The notes below the pieces were generated by a model. It made no database searches and had not been told where the DNA came from. It saw only the letters and a program-made list of their open reading frames with translations. Shown here one piece after another: positions 17,518 through 26,508 of a DNA stretch of 64,000 nt; positions within the stretch are counted from its first letter, which is position 1; each line of letters opens with the position of its first letter. Position numbers and translations under genes: made by a program. The stretch spans positions 1 to 64,000 of the forward strand of contig CBFGIV010000003.1 in assembly GCA_965648915.1 (NCBI GenBank), in the 5' to 3' direction. The DNA comes from a candidate division WOR-3 bacterium. GTDB taxonomy: Bacteria; Hydrothermota; Tepidihabitantia; SM23-42; CAYGYG01.

Positions 17518-19238
17518 AGAATAAGGAATTGGTCGAGATCTTTAATCGTCTGGCTGATGCCTTGGAATTTAAGGGTGAAAATCCATTCCGGGTTAATGCT
17601 TACCGGAAAGCGGCTCGGGTTCTCGACGAACTGGTTGAAGATGTTGAGATATTAAACCAGGAGGATCGATTAAAGAACCTGCCCGGGATTGGTGAAGGTC
17701 TGGCCAAAAAGATTGATGAATATCTGAAGACGGGAAAGATGAGAAAATATGAAGAGGCAATCAAAGGAATTCCCGCCTCCCTGCTCGATCTCTTGAATAT
17801 CCAGAATGTTGGACCAAAAACCCTGGCCCAGGCTTATAAAAAACTTAGGGTCAAAAATCTTGATGACCTGAAGAAGGTAATCAGCAATGGCCGTCTGGCC
17901 CGGTTGCCCCAGATGGGTGAGAAGAAAGTGGAAAATATTAAACGGGGGATCGAAATTTATGAACAGAACCAGATGCGGCTCTCTATCTTCGAGGCAATGA
18001 ATATTACCAATGATGTTATTGCCTATTTAAAAAAATCGAAGGATCTGATCGCCCTTGAACCGGCCGGTTCACTCCGGCGCTGGAAGGAGACGGTTGGCGA
18101 TATCGATATCCTGGTGAGCAGTAAAAAAGGGCCTGCGGTTGTGGAATACTTTGTCAACTATCCTCAAACCATACGCGTGCTGGCTCAGGGTGATACCAAA
18201 GGTTCAATTGTGGTTAAAGGTGGGCGCCAGGTCGATATTCGGATTGTTCCGCCAGATTCTTACGGTTCGGCACTTCAGTATTTTACGGGCTCGAAAGCTC
18301 ACAACATAAAATTACGCGACATCGCCAAGGCACGGGGATTAAAGCTGAATGAATACGGACTCTTCAGGATATTAAAAAAGGGTGAAAAGAAGATTGCCGG
18401 GCAGGATGAGGCCGAAGTTTACCGGGCTCTGGGTCTTGCGTTTATCCCACCGGAGCTGCGTGAGGATCGAGGCGAAATCGAGCTTGCCCAGAAAAACGAA
18501 TTGCCTCAACTCATTAAATTAGAAGAGATTATGGGTGATCTTCAGGTCCATTCCGTCTATTCGGATGGAACTGCTTCCCTTGAGGCGATTGCCGATTATG
18601 CCCGGCGTCTGGGCTATAAATATATCCTGATCTCCGACCATTCAAAATCAGCCCGTTATGCCCACGGCCTTGATGAAGAGCGTTTCCTGAAAGAAATTGA
18701 AGAGATTGAGCAATTAAACCGTAAGATCTCAGGGATAGTTTTGCTTAAAGGTATTGAGGTCGATATCCTAAAAAATGGTGAACTCGATTTTGATGATGAA
18801 CTTTTAAAAAAGACCGATCTGACCGTTGCTGCGATCCATTCGGGTTTTAAGAAGAATGTAACGGAACGTTTGATCGATGCAATGCAGAATCCATACGTGG
18901 ATATTATCGCCCATCCAACCGGGAGACTGATATCAAGCCGTGAGGGTTATGAGGTCGATATCATCAAGGTAATGGAGAGAGCTAAAGATTCAGGTGTCTG
19001 GCTGGAATTAAATGCTTATTATGATCGACTTGATTTGAATGATATAAATCTCAAGCGCGCAAAGGAAATGGGCCTTTTGATTACAATCGATACCGATGCC
19101 CATGGCCTTGATGGTCTGAACTGGATAGTTTACGGTGTTGCCCAGGCACGCCGGGGGTGGATAGAAAAAAAGGATGTCATCAATACCCGCCCCTGGGCCG
19201 AAATTGCCCGTATGCGCCGGAGAGAGAAGAAAAAATGA
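17514..19238 (+). CDS. polX: DNA polymerase X with PHP domain
   Basis: NPFRVNAYRKAA, AGSLRR, GDIDIL, QVDIR, QYFTGSKAHN, PPELRE; PHP motifs SDHS, HPTG, DTDAH. Confidence 0.95.
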   Translation: MKNKELVEIFNRLADALEFKGENPFRVNAYRKAARVLDELVEDVEILNQEDRLKNLPGIGEGLAKKIDEYLKTGKMRKYEEAIKGIPASLLDLLNIQNVGPKTLAQAYKKLRVKNLDDLKKVISNGRLARLPQMGEKKVENIKRGIEIYEQNQMRLSIFEAMNITNDVIAYLKKSKDLIALEPAGSLRRWKETVGDIDILVSSKKGPAVVEYFVNYPQTIRVLAQGDTKGSIVVKGGRQVDIRIVPPDSYGSALQYFTGSKAHNIKLRDIAKARGLKLNEYGLFRILKKGEKKIAGQDEAEVYRALGLAFIPPELREDRGEIELAQKNELPQLIKLEEIMGDLQVHSVYSDGTASLEAIADYARRLGYKYILISDHSKSARYAHGLDEERFLKEIEEIEQLNRKISGIVLLKGIEVDILKNGELDFDDELLKKTDLTVAAIHSGFKKNVTERLIDAMQNPYVDIIAHPTGRLISSREGYEVDIIKVMERAKDSGVWLELNAYYDRLDLNDINLKRAKEMGLLITIDTDAHGLDGLNWIVYGVAQARRGWIEKKDVINTRPWAEIARMRRREKKK

Positions 19239-22200
19239 TCGACGAAATTAAAAACTTTTTTATCAAAAATATTGCACCGGTTATCGAAGAATATCGGCAC
19301 ACCGAACAGGATTTTAAGCAGATCGGGGACCGGGTTTTAAATTCGATCCAGAAACAGTCCGCTTATTTAGAAGATTTATCCAAGGGGTTTCAGAGTATCT
19401 TTGCGTCGGTTCAATTGACATCAGAAGCAACCCAGGTAATGGAGCGTGAAACCAAAGAGATTAAAGAACTAAGCGACCATTCAATTAGCCATCTCGATGG
19501 TTTAATTCACATAATTGAGCAACTTACGGACAAGGTTCATCATCTTACTGAAATCCTGAATAATATTAAAGAACACTCCAGTCGGTTAAAGGAGGCAATC
19601 GGTGAGATTGATAAAATCTCTGAAATGACAATTGTTGCTGCTCGGAACGCTCAGATCAAAGCATATCATGCTGGTGATTGGGGACGGGGGTTTGAAGTGA
19701 TTGCCCGTCAGATGGTCAATCTCGTCGGTCAAACTGAGACGGCAACCCTGGAGATACCCAAGATCACGGAAAGGGTTGAAGTGGATGTGGTAAAGATGGC
19801 AACATTGGTTGAGGATATGCAGAAGTTTTTAGAAAAATTCGAAATGGTTAGTGAATACTTAAATGATTCATTCAAGCAGATTTTAACCATAATGCCCAGC
19901 CTGGACCGTGATACAACTGAGGCGGCCCGACTTATCGCTGAACAGGAAAAAGCGAAAGAGATCCTCCTTGCTTCAAACTGGGAACTCAACAACTGGCTGG
20001 CGGATACATTTGAATTTTCGGAAAAGGCGGCAAGCGCCACTATCTTTTTACGAGGCCTTTCTAACGAAATTATGACCAAGGCCGAACAGATTAAAACCTG
20101 GGGTGACGAATCAAAACATAATTTCTATTATTTTTTGATTCGCTTTTTTAATATTCTCGTCTCGACCATGGAGGGGCACCAAAGGTGGGGACAGAAAGTG
20201 CCTCATATTGAAGGCGTCTTCGATTTTGATAAATTTGTTAATACGCTAAGCGCCCTGAAAGCAACCGGTCAGGATATAAAACAGTCAATCCTGCGTCAAT
20301 CGACCGATCTGAAGAAGAGCGAAACGATTCTTGAATCTTCATTAAGCGCCTTAACCCGGGAACTGAGTGAAGAGATTGGCATTATGCGTGCCCTTGATGA
20401 AGCAGAAATTTTGTTGAGCCGATTAAAAGATCTACCCGACCGGGTACTATTTTTTGAGCATGAACTCGATGCTATTGTTGAGCGATCTCGAATTCTAAGT
20501 CTTTATGCAGCAATCGAGAGTGCCCGGTCCGGAACTTATACCCAATCCCTTTCGGTCGTGGCCGATGAGATTAAAATTTTAGCCGGTCAGGCAAAAAAAT
20601 CGGTCGGTAATATCGCTCGATGGCGTGAGTTCCTGGTTACTGATTTTGTCTCGGCCCTCAAGATAATTGAAGAGGCGAAACGGATTGCACAGGATGAAAG
20701 ATTACATCTGAATGAGTCTTCAAAGATAATCGAAGAGACTTTAGCAAAAACGAAAAATCTCTGTTTATTAATCGACGAGACCAATACCTCGATTGATCGA
20801 CAACTTACAAATTTTGCGTTACTTGAGGGACAACTCAATAATGTCATAGCAACCCATCAGGATATTGTTATAGAATTTGAGCACTATATTAGGGCCGGCA
20901 TCTTATTGCCGAAGGCTCTGGAGAAAGTGATGAACTACAAGGATGAGTATTTTATTATGCTCGCCAATCTTATTAAAGAAAAAGAGCCTGAGGTTCAGAT
21001 TATTGTCCGGGAGTCAGCCGACCCGTTGATTCTTGATCCTTCATTAAAGACCGAAGTGGTGTCCGATCGAATTCTCCAGCATCTTCACATTGGGTTATTC
21101 AACTTCGACGCTGATGGTAATATTGTTCCCGGTGCAGCATCTGATTATCATATCAGTGAAGACGGAAAGGTCTGGACTTTCTATTTGCGCAAAGATATTA
21201 AATTCCATAATGGACAACCTTTGACCGCAGCCGATGTCTTTTTTTCGATCGAGCGTATCAGAAAGGGTCCTAATGCCGGATTCGTAGAATTCATTGAAGA
21301 GACAAAGATTATTGATGATCATACAATCCAATTTAAATTGCGCTTCCCCTATCTCCCATTTGTGGCCAATCTGGCCTGTGGTACCTGCCTTATTATACCC
21401 CGACATGGCTACGACCCAAATCATCCAATCGGTGCGGGACCGTTTCGATTTGTCCACTGGGATAAAAATAATGAAATAACGCTGAGGGCCAATGATGATT
21501 TTTTTGAAGGCCGACCCGCGATTGATGAATTGATCTTTCGTGTCATCCCTGATGAGAATGAAGCACTGGATAGGTTCAAACAGGGTGAAGTATCTTTTAT
21601 GGAAATTTCTCAGATTCAGATCGATGAAAAGAGTATTAAACTTTACCACACGCCCGCCCTTTCAACTCAATATGTCGGGATAAATGTCGCCCAGGAGACA
21701 CCTTTTAAGATTAAAGAGATCCGTCAGGCGATGAATTATGCAGTGGATAAGGAAAAATATGTTCGTGAAAAGTTGCAGAATCGGGGCATTCCTGCTCATG
21801 GTATCTATCCACCGGGTATTGGATCTTATAATCCGGAGTTAGAAGGTTATCCATACAATCTCGAAAGGGCTCGGCAACTTATGGAAAAGGCCGGTTTTAA
21901 GCATGGTATTAACGAAATATACGAACTTGACACCCGCGATTCACCCCAAGCAATTGATCGAGCAAAATTTATTCAGGCATCCCTTGCCCAGATTGGTATA
22001 AAGATAAGAATCAATCCAATGGCCTGGCCTGATCTCTTAAAAAAGACCTATAGTGGACAGAGCCTATTGAGTATGCGGGGATGGGTAAGTGATAACGGTG
22101 ACCCGGATAATTTTCTCTTTCCCCTTTTTCACAGCCGTAGTTTCGGTGAGTCGGGTAATATAACATTTTACAGTAACAGCGAAGTCGATATGATGATCGA

Positions 22201-22408
22201 GACCGCAAGACAGATAAGAAATTTTGAACGCCGGATGGAATACTATCGTGAGATTGAAAGAAAGATTGTTGAAGACGCCCCCTGGATTTTCTTAAATTAT
22301 AATGTAAATCATTATGTTGTACGTCCCGAAGTTTTCAATGGTAAAGTTGATCCCTTCGGGATATTTAGGGTAAAATATATCTATAAAAAGCGATGGAACA
22401 GATCTTAA
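19235..22408 (+). CDS. Soluble methyl-accepting chemotaxis-like protein (two signalling hairpins) fused to a C-terminal family-5 (Opp/Dpp-type) solute-binding domain
   Basis: ARNAQIKAYHAGDWGRGFEVIA and LYAAIESARSG..SLSVVADEIKILA; then LDP, GLF, SEDGKVWTFYLRKDIKFHNG, PIGAGPF, IRQAMNYAVDK; ATG 19235 overlaps the polX stop (ATGA); no TM segment or signal peptide seen. Confidence 0.82.
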   Translation: MIDEIKNFFIKNIAPVIEEYRHTEQDFKQIGDRVLNSIQKQSAYLEDLSKGFQSIFASVQLTSEATQVMERETKEIKELSDHSISHLDGLIHIIEQLTDKVHHLTEILNNIKEHSSRLKEAIGEIDKISEMTIVAARNAQIKAYHAGDWGRGFEVIARQMVNLVGQTETATLEIPKITERVEVDVVKMATLVEDMQKFLEKFEMVSEYLNDSFKQILTIMPSLDRDTTEAARLIAEQEKAKEILLASNWELNNWLADTFEFSEKAASATIFLRGLSNEIMTKAEQIKTWGDESKHNFYYFLIRFFNILVSTMEGHQRWGQKVPHIEGVFDFDKFVNTLSALKATGQDIKQSILRQSTDLKKSETILESSLSALTRELSEEIGIMRALDEAEILLSRLKDLPDRVLFFEHELDAIVERSRILSLYAAIESARSGTYTQSLSVVADEIKILAGQAKKSVGNIARWREFLVTDFVSALKIIEEAKRIAQDERLHLNESSKIIEETLAKTKNLCLLIDETNTSIDRQLTNFALLEGQLNNVIATHQDIVIEFEHYIRAGILLPKALEKVMNYKDEYFIMLANLIKEKEPEVQIIVRESADPLILDPSLKTEVVSDRILQHLHIGLFNFDADGNIVPGAASDYHISEDGKVWTFYLRKDIKFHNGQPLTAADVFFSIERIRKGPNAGFVEFIEETKIIDDHTIQFKLRFPYLPFVANLACGTCLIIPRHGYDPNHPIGAGPFRFVHWDKNNEITLRANDDFFEGRPAIDELIFRVIPDENEALDRFKQGEVSFMEISQIQIDEKSIKLYHTPALSTQYVGINVAQETPFKIKEIRQAMNYAVDKEKYVREKLQNRGIPAHGIYPPGIGSYNPELEGYPYNLERARQLMEKAGFKHGINEIYELDTRDSPQAIDRAKFIQASLAQIGIKIRINPMAWPDLLKKTYSGQSLLSMRGWVSDNGDPDNFLFPLFHSRSFGESGNITFYSNSEVDMMIETARQIRNFERRMEYYREIERKIVEDAPWIFLNYNVNHYVVRPEVFNGKVDPFGIFRVKYIYKKRWNRS

Positions 22409-22812
22409 TCTTTCAGATCGGCCTTGAACAGATTGGGCTTGAAGCAACAAAGGTTCATCAGATTACAGAACCAACCGAGGCAGTACGGGTACCGGGTGCG
22501 GCCGAATATATCACCGGAATAATTAATTTTCGGGGCGATGTCATCCCGGTAATCGATTTAAGAAAACGACTCGGTGTCAAGCCTGGGGTAAAGCCCGAGG
22601 ACCAGATGACCATCATTGCTGAAGAGGCAGGTCGTAAGTTAGGCCTGATTGTTGATCGGATTATCGGCCTGCGACAGATTAAATCGACCATGGTTGAATA
22701 TCAGCCTCAGCTTGTTGCCACCGAGTTCGATAAAGAGTTTTTTAAGGGTATCGTGCGCCTCGAAGAACTGCCGGTTCTGATTCTGGATCTTAAAAAATTG
22801 CTGTTGAAATAG
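22393..22812 (+). CDS. cheW: Chemotaxis coupling protein CheW
   Basis: VPGAAEYITGIINFRGDVIPVIDLRKRLG, GLIVDRI. Confidence 0.93.
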   Translation: MEQILIFQIGLEQIGLEATKVHQITEPTEAVRVPGAAEYITGIINFRGDVIPVIDLRKRLGVKPGVKPEDQMTIIAEEAGRKLGLIVDRIIGLRQIKSTMVEYQPQLVATEFDKEFFKGIVRLEELPVLILDLKKLLLK

Positions 22813-22826
22813 ACAGTAATTAACAG

Positions 22827-23558
22827 ATGAACCTTGTCTTCATCCTTATCGCAACAATTACCATCAGTCTGGTCTCGCTGATCGGTGTTCTCTTTCTGAA
22901 AATGAAAGAGGAGAAACTCCAGCAGGTAATCTATATCCTGGTCAGTTTTGCAACCGGGGCCCTGATTGGTGGGGCATTACTCCATCTTTTACCCGAGGCG
23001 ATTGAAATCAGTAACTATGCTCTTATTCATACCATCATTGGTATTTTTACCTTTTTTATTCTGGAGAAGATTCTCTATTGGCGCCACTGCCATAAAGGCC
23101 ACTGTGAAGTCCATATCTTCACCTATCTGAATCTAATCGGTGATGGTATTCATAACGTGATCGACGGACTTATTATCGGTTCCAGTTTTACGGTTAACCC
23201 TGAACTGGGTATAACTACCTCACTGGCAATTCTCTTGCACGAAATTCCTCAGGAGATGGGTGATTTCGGAATTCTTATATATGGAGGGTTCAAGAAGAAT
23301 CAGGCATTGCTTTTCAATTTATTGAGTGGTTTGAGTTGCGTAGTCGGCGGGATTATCGCCTATATTGCCGCTTCATCAATAGAGGCGATCAAGATTTTTC
23401 TCTTGGGTTTTACCGCCGGCGGATTTCTCTATATTGCAATGGTTGACATCTTGCCTGAATTACGCATTCAAATCAACCTGCGCCAATCGTTAGTTCAAAT
23501 ATTGCTTATCGTCTTCGGCATAGGACTTATGTGGGGGATAAAAGGTTTGCTTCATTAA
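22827..23558 (+). CDS. ZIP-family metal transporter
   Basis: HLLPEA, HCH loop, DGIHNVIDG, HEIPQEMGDF, GGFLYIA. Confidence 0.92.
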   Translation: MNLVFILIATITISLVSLIGVLFLKMKEEKLQQVIYILVSFATGALIGGALLHLLPEAIEISNYALIHTIIGIFTFFILEKILYWRHCHKGHCEVHIFTYLNLIGDGIHNVIDGLIIGSSFTVNPELGITTSLAILLHEIPQEMGDFGILIYGGFKKNQALLFNLLSGLSCVVGGIIAYIAASSIEAIKIFLLGFTAGGFLYIAMVDILPELRIQINLRQSLVQILLIVFGIGLMWGIKGLLH

Positions 23559-23614
23559 GCTTATAATTTGCAGGCCTGAATTATTAACAATATATGGATC
23601 CGATACCCGCCGTG

Positions 23615-24931
23615 TTATTTGAATACCGGACTCGTAATGAAGAAGACGAGGAAAAAGACTGCCAGGATATACATAACGAGTGAGACCTGTTTCCACTGGC
23701 CACTCAAGACTTTTATCAAAACATAAGAGAGGAAACCAAGGGTTATACCATTCGAGATGCTGTAGGTGAAGGGCATTGTTGCTATGGTAATAAAAGCCGG
23801 GACCGCCTCAGAATAATCAGCAAAGTCGATTCTGGTCACTGCCTCCATCATCATAATCCCAACGATGATTAAAGCCGGGGCAACCGCGGCAGAAGGCACA
23901 AGACCCACCAGAGGTGCAGCAATCATTGCGATCAAGAAGAGAATGCCCGTGACGACAGCGGTCAGGCCAGTTCTCCCTCCTTCCTCAATTCCGGCCGCGC
24001 TTTCGATATAAGAAGTTACGGTTGAGGAACCGACGAGTGCGGCGATGACCGGGCCGAGTGAATCGGCGAAGAGGACCCGACCGATTCTCGGGATATGCCC
24101 CTGTTCATCAATAAATTTGGCTTTGACCGAGAGGCCGATTACGGTCCCGGCCGTATCAAAAAAGTCGACGAAGAGAAGGGTAAAGATTAAAGTGACAAAT
24201 GACCATTTTAATGCCCCGATAATGTTAAGTTTAAGAAAGGTCGGTGCCAGTGAAGGTTGAAGAAGAGTTATCTCTGCCCCTTTTATTTTGAAAAAGGGGA
24301 TAAAGTTTAATAGGGTTGTGATTATAATCCCCAGGAGGATTGCACCCCGGACCCGTTTGAAGAGCATAATGGTTGTGATGATAATCCCGATTGATGAGAG
24401 AATTATCCTGGGTAGAACTTCAGGACTGGCAATCTTTGAAATTGTGATGAATGTCACCGGATGTTTATCAATAAAGCCAGCATTTTCAAAACCAATAAAT
24501 GCTAAAAATATCCCAATCCCGACACTTACCGCACATTTAAGCGATGTCGGGATGGAATTAATGATAATTTCCCTTAATTTTGTCAAAGTAATGATGACAA
24601 TTATGACGCCTTCGATAAAGAAGAAACCGAGCCCGATACGCCAGTCGATTCCCATTCCGGCACAGATTGCATAGGCGAAAAAGGCATTAATACCCATGCC
24701 CGGAGCAAGGGCGATTGGATAATTGGCAATCAAGCCCATCGCAATCGTAATCAGCCCGGTAACCAGACAGGTTGCCAGGGTTACCGCGCCCCGGTCCATT
24801 CCCGCCGCCTCCAAGATTAAAGGATTAGCGGCAATGATATAGGCCATCGTCATAAAGGTTGTGATTCCGGCAATAACTTCGATCTTAAGACTGGTATTAT
24901 TTTCTTTGAGTTTGAATATCCGATCAAGCAT
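23615..24931 (-). CDS. NCS2/AzgA-family purine permease
   Basis: TTFMTMAYI, LAPGMG.NAFF, DFFDTAGT, TSYIESAAG..EGGRTGLTA; start MLDRIFK after AGGAGG, promoter TTGACA(24975)-16-TATACT. Confidence 0.92.
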   Translation of the reverse strand: MLDRIFKLKENNTSLKIEVIAGITTFMTMAYIIAANPLILEAAGMDRGAVTLATCLVTGLITIAMGLIANYPIALAPGMGINAFFAYAICAGMGIDWRIGLGFFFIEGVIIVIITLTKLREIIINSIPTSLKCAVSVGIGIFLAFIGFENAGFIDKHPVTFITISKIASPEVLPRIILSSIGIIITTIMLFKRVRGAILLGIIITTLLNFIPFFKIKGAEITLLQPSLAPTFLKLNIIGALKWSFVTLIFTLLFVDFFDTAGTVIGLSVKAKFIDEQGHIPRIGRVLFADSLGPVIAALVGSSTVTSYIESAAGIEEGGRTGLTAVVTGILFLIAMIAAPLVGLVPSAAVAPALIIVGIMMMEAVTRIDFADYSEAVPAFITIATMPFTYSISNGITLGFLSYVLIKVLSGQWKQVSLVMYILAVFFLVFFITSPVFK

Positions 24932-25068
24932 CTTACCTCCTGAATAGAGTATACTCACACATAGGTATTTGTCAATAGGGTTGGAGAAGTCACTGGAAAA
25001 ACTGAAAATTGCTGACTTTTATTCAATTAGTTAATGGTTTTTTCAGTCCTGACTCCGGTTGGATATAT

Positions 25069-26379
25069 CTATCTGATCTTCACGACCCTTTCGATGATTT
25101 TATCCTTACCAGTGTTGAGTGATATAAAATAGGTGCCGCTGGGGAGATTTGAACCTTTAGCATCTCTGCCATCCCAGGTTATGAGTGCCTTATTATTATA
25201 CGATAATCTTCTAACCAACCGTCCTTGGGCATCATAGATTAAAATCAGGCACCGACTCAGGTCAAATCCGGATGATCTTATACTGAGTTGACGATGGAAT
25301 GGATTTGGATTTATGATTATTCGCTTATTCAAAGATGTTGCCATTTCTTCAGCAACCGGTAGACCCCAGGTCAGCGTGAAGACATCGTTAAAATAACCCG
25401 ACCCGATACCACCAAAGACAAAGTATCTCCGTCTCAGACCATCGAGTGCTCCCGAAGGAGCCCAGCGAGGAGAAGGGGTGGTGCCCGAGGGTGATAATTG
25501 GGTCCACGAAGGTGACGACGATATGCCATCTAAACTGTAAAGATCATTAAAGAATTGAGACCCATTCCACCCACCAAATATCACCATCCGATCGTTCCAG
25601 CGATCTAAAAAGGATATTGCACCGTTCCGGGCCGGCGGCAGGCTACCACCAGGAGACCATTGTGACCATCGACCGTCTCCATACTGAAGGCTATCCAAGG
25701 CCCAGACATCATTCGAGTGGGGGTATCCAGCAAAGACCAGAAGCCGGTCATTACGAAAGTCATAGATGCAGGTCGGTCCGTGTTTACCAGGCGGTGGAGA
25801 CCCTGCGGGATTTAATTGACGCCAGACCGGTATTGAGTTGAGATTCTCGAGAACAAAGACCAGGTTGTCGCCGCCCCCAGTTGTGCCGCCACCAAAAACA
25901 ATCATCCGCTCTTTTATCGGGTCATAGGCAGAACCACAAGCATATCTTGGTGAGGGCGGTGTTCCACCAACAGCAGGTTGGGTCCAGCGCGGAGATGGAT
26001 TGTTGATGCTGTCGAGGAAATGGACATCATTGAAGTATTGACTTCGATTGAATCCACCAAAAATAACCATCCTTCTTCTTGGATAATCATAGACATAGGC
26101 GGGATAATACCTTCCACCTGGAACTGTGCCGGAAGGATTTAGTTGACGCCAGGTACCGGAACCATAGGCAGTGCTATCGAGGGCAAAGAGGTCATTAAAC
26201 ACTCCTCCGCTGTAGGCCCCACCCCAGACAATAAAACGGTCGGTAAGGCTATCATAGACACTGGCTGAGCCGCACCGGCCTGCCGGTGCCGTACCACCAG
26301 GAGAAAGTCTTGTCCACCTCTCTTCAACAGTAAAGCCCAATATGGTGATCACGGCCAGAAATATAAACACCTTCTTCAT
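25069..26379 (-). CDS. Secreted Kelch-repeat beta-propeller with T9SS/FlgD-Ig-type C-terminal domain
   Basis: Six W..L.P.G..P..R / FGG repeats; NPNPF...WDGRD...LPSGTYF. Confidence 0.85.
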   Translation of the reverse strand: MKKVFIFLAVITILGFTVEERWTRLSPGGTAPAGRCGSASVYDSLTDRFIVWGGAYSGGVFNDLFALDSTAYGSGTWRQLNPSGTVPGGRYYPAYVYDYPRRRMVIFGGFNRSQYFNDVHFLDSINNPSPRWTQPAVGGTPPSPRYACGSAYDPIKERMIVFGGGTTGGGDNLVFVLENLNSIPVWRQLNPAGSPPPGKHGPTCIYDFRNDRLLVFAGYPHSNDVWALDSLQYGDGRWSQWSPGGSLPPARNGAISFLDRWNDRMVIFGGWNGSQFFNDLYSLDGISSSPSWTQLSPSGTTPSPRWAPSGALDGLRRRYFVFGGIGSGYFNDVFTLTWGLPVAEEMATSLNKRIIINPNPFHRQLSIRSSGFDLSRCLILIYDAQGRLVRRLSYNNKALITWDGRDAKGSNLPSGTYFISLNTGKDKIIERVVKIR

Positions 26380-26508
26380 CTTTCACCTCCTATATCAACT
26401 TTAATTATATTTATTAATTTAAAATTTGTCAAGAATATTATGCGGTAGATTAAATATTCTCTTCAGGTTTTGATATCGATAGACTTTAGATCGAGGCCGA
26501 CCCAACAA

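Noticed and set aside
19157..19234. 26-aa N-terminal extension of the MCP fusion as a signal or lipoprotein peptide
   Set aside because: Lies inside polX and is not hydrophobic; the ATGA overlap at 19235 is the better start
24932..24975. Purine riboswitch upstream of the NCS2 permease
   Set aside because: The -10 box is only 16 nt from the start codon, leaving no room for an aptamer
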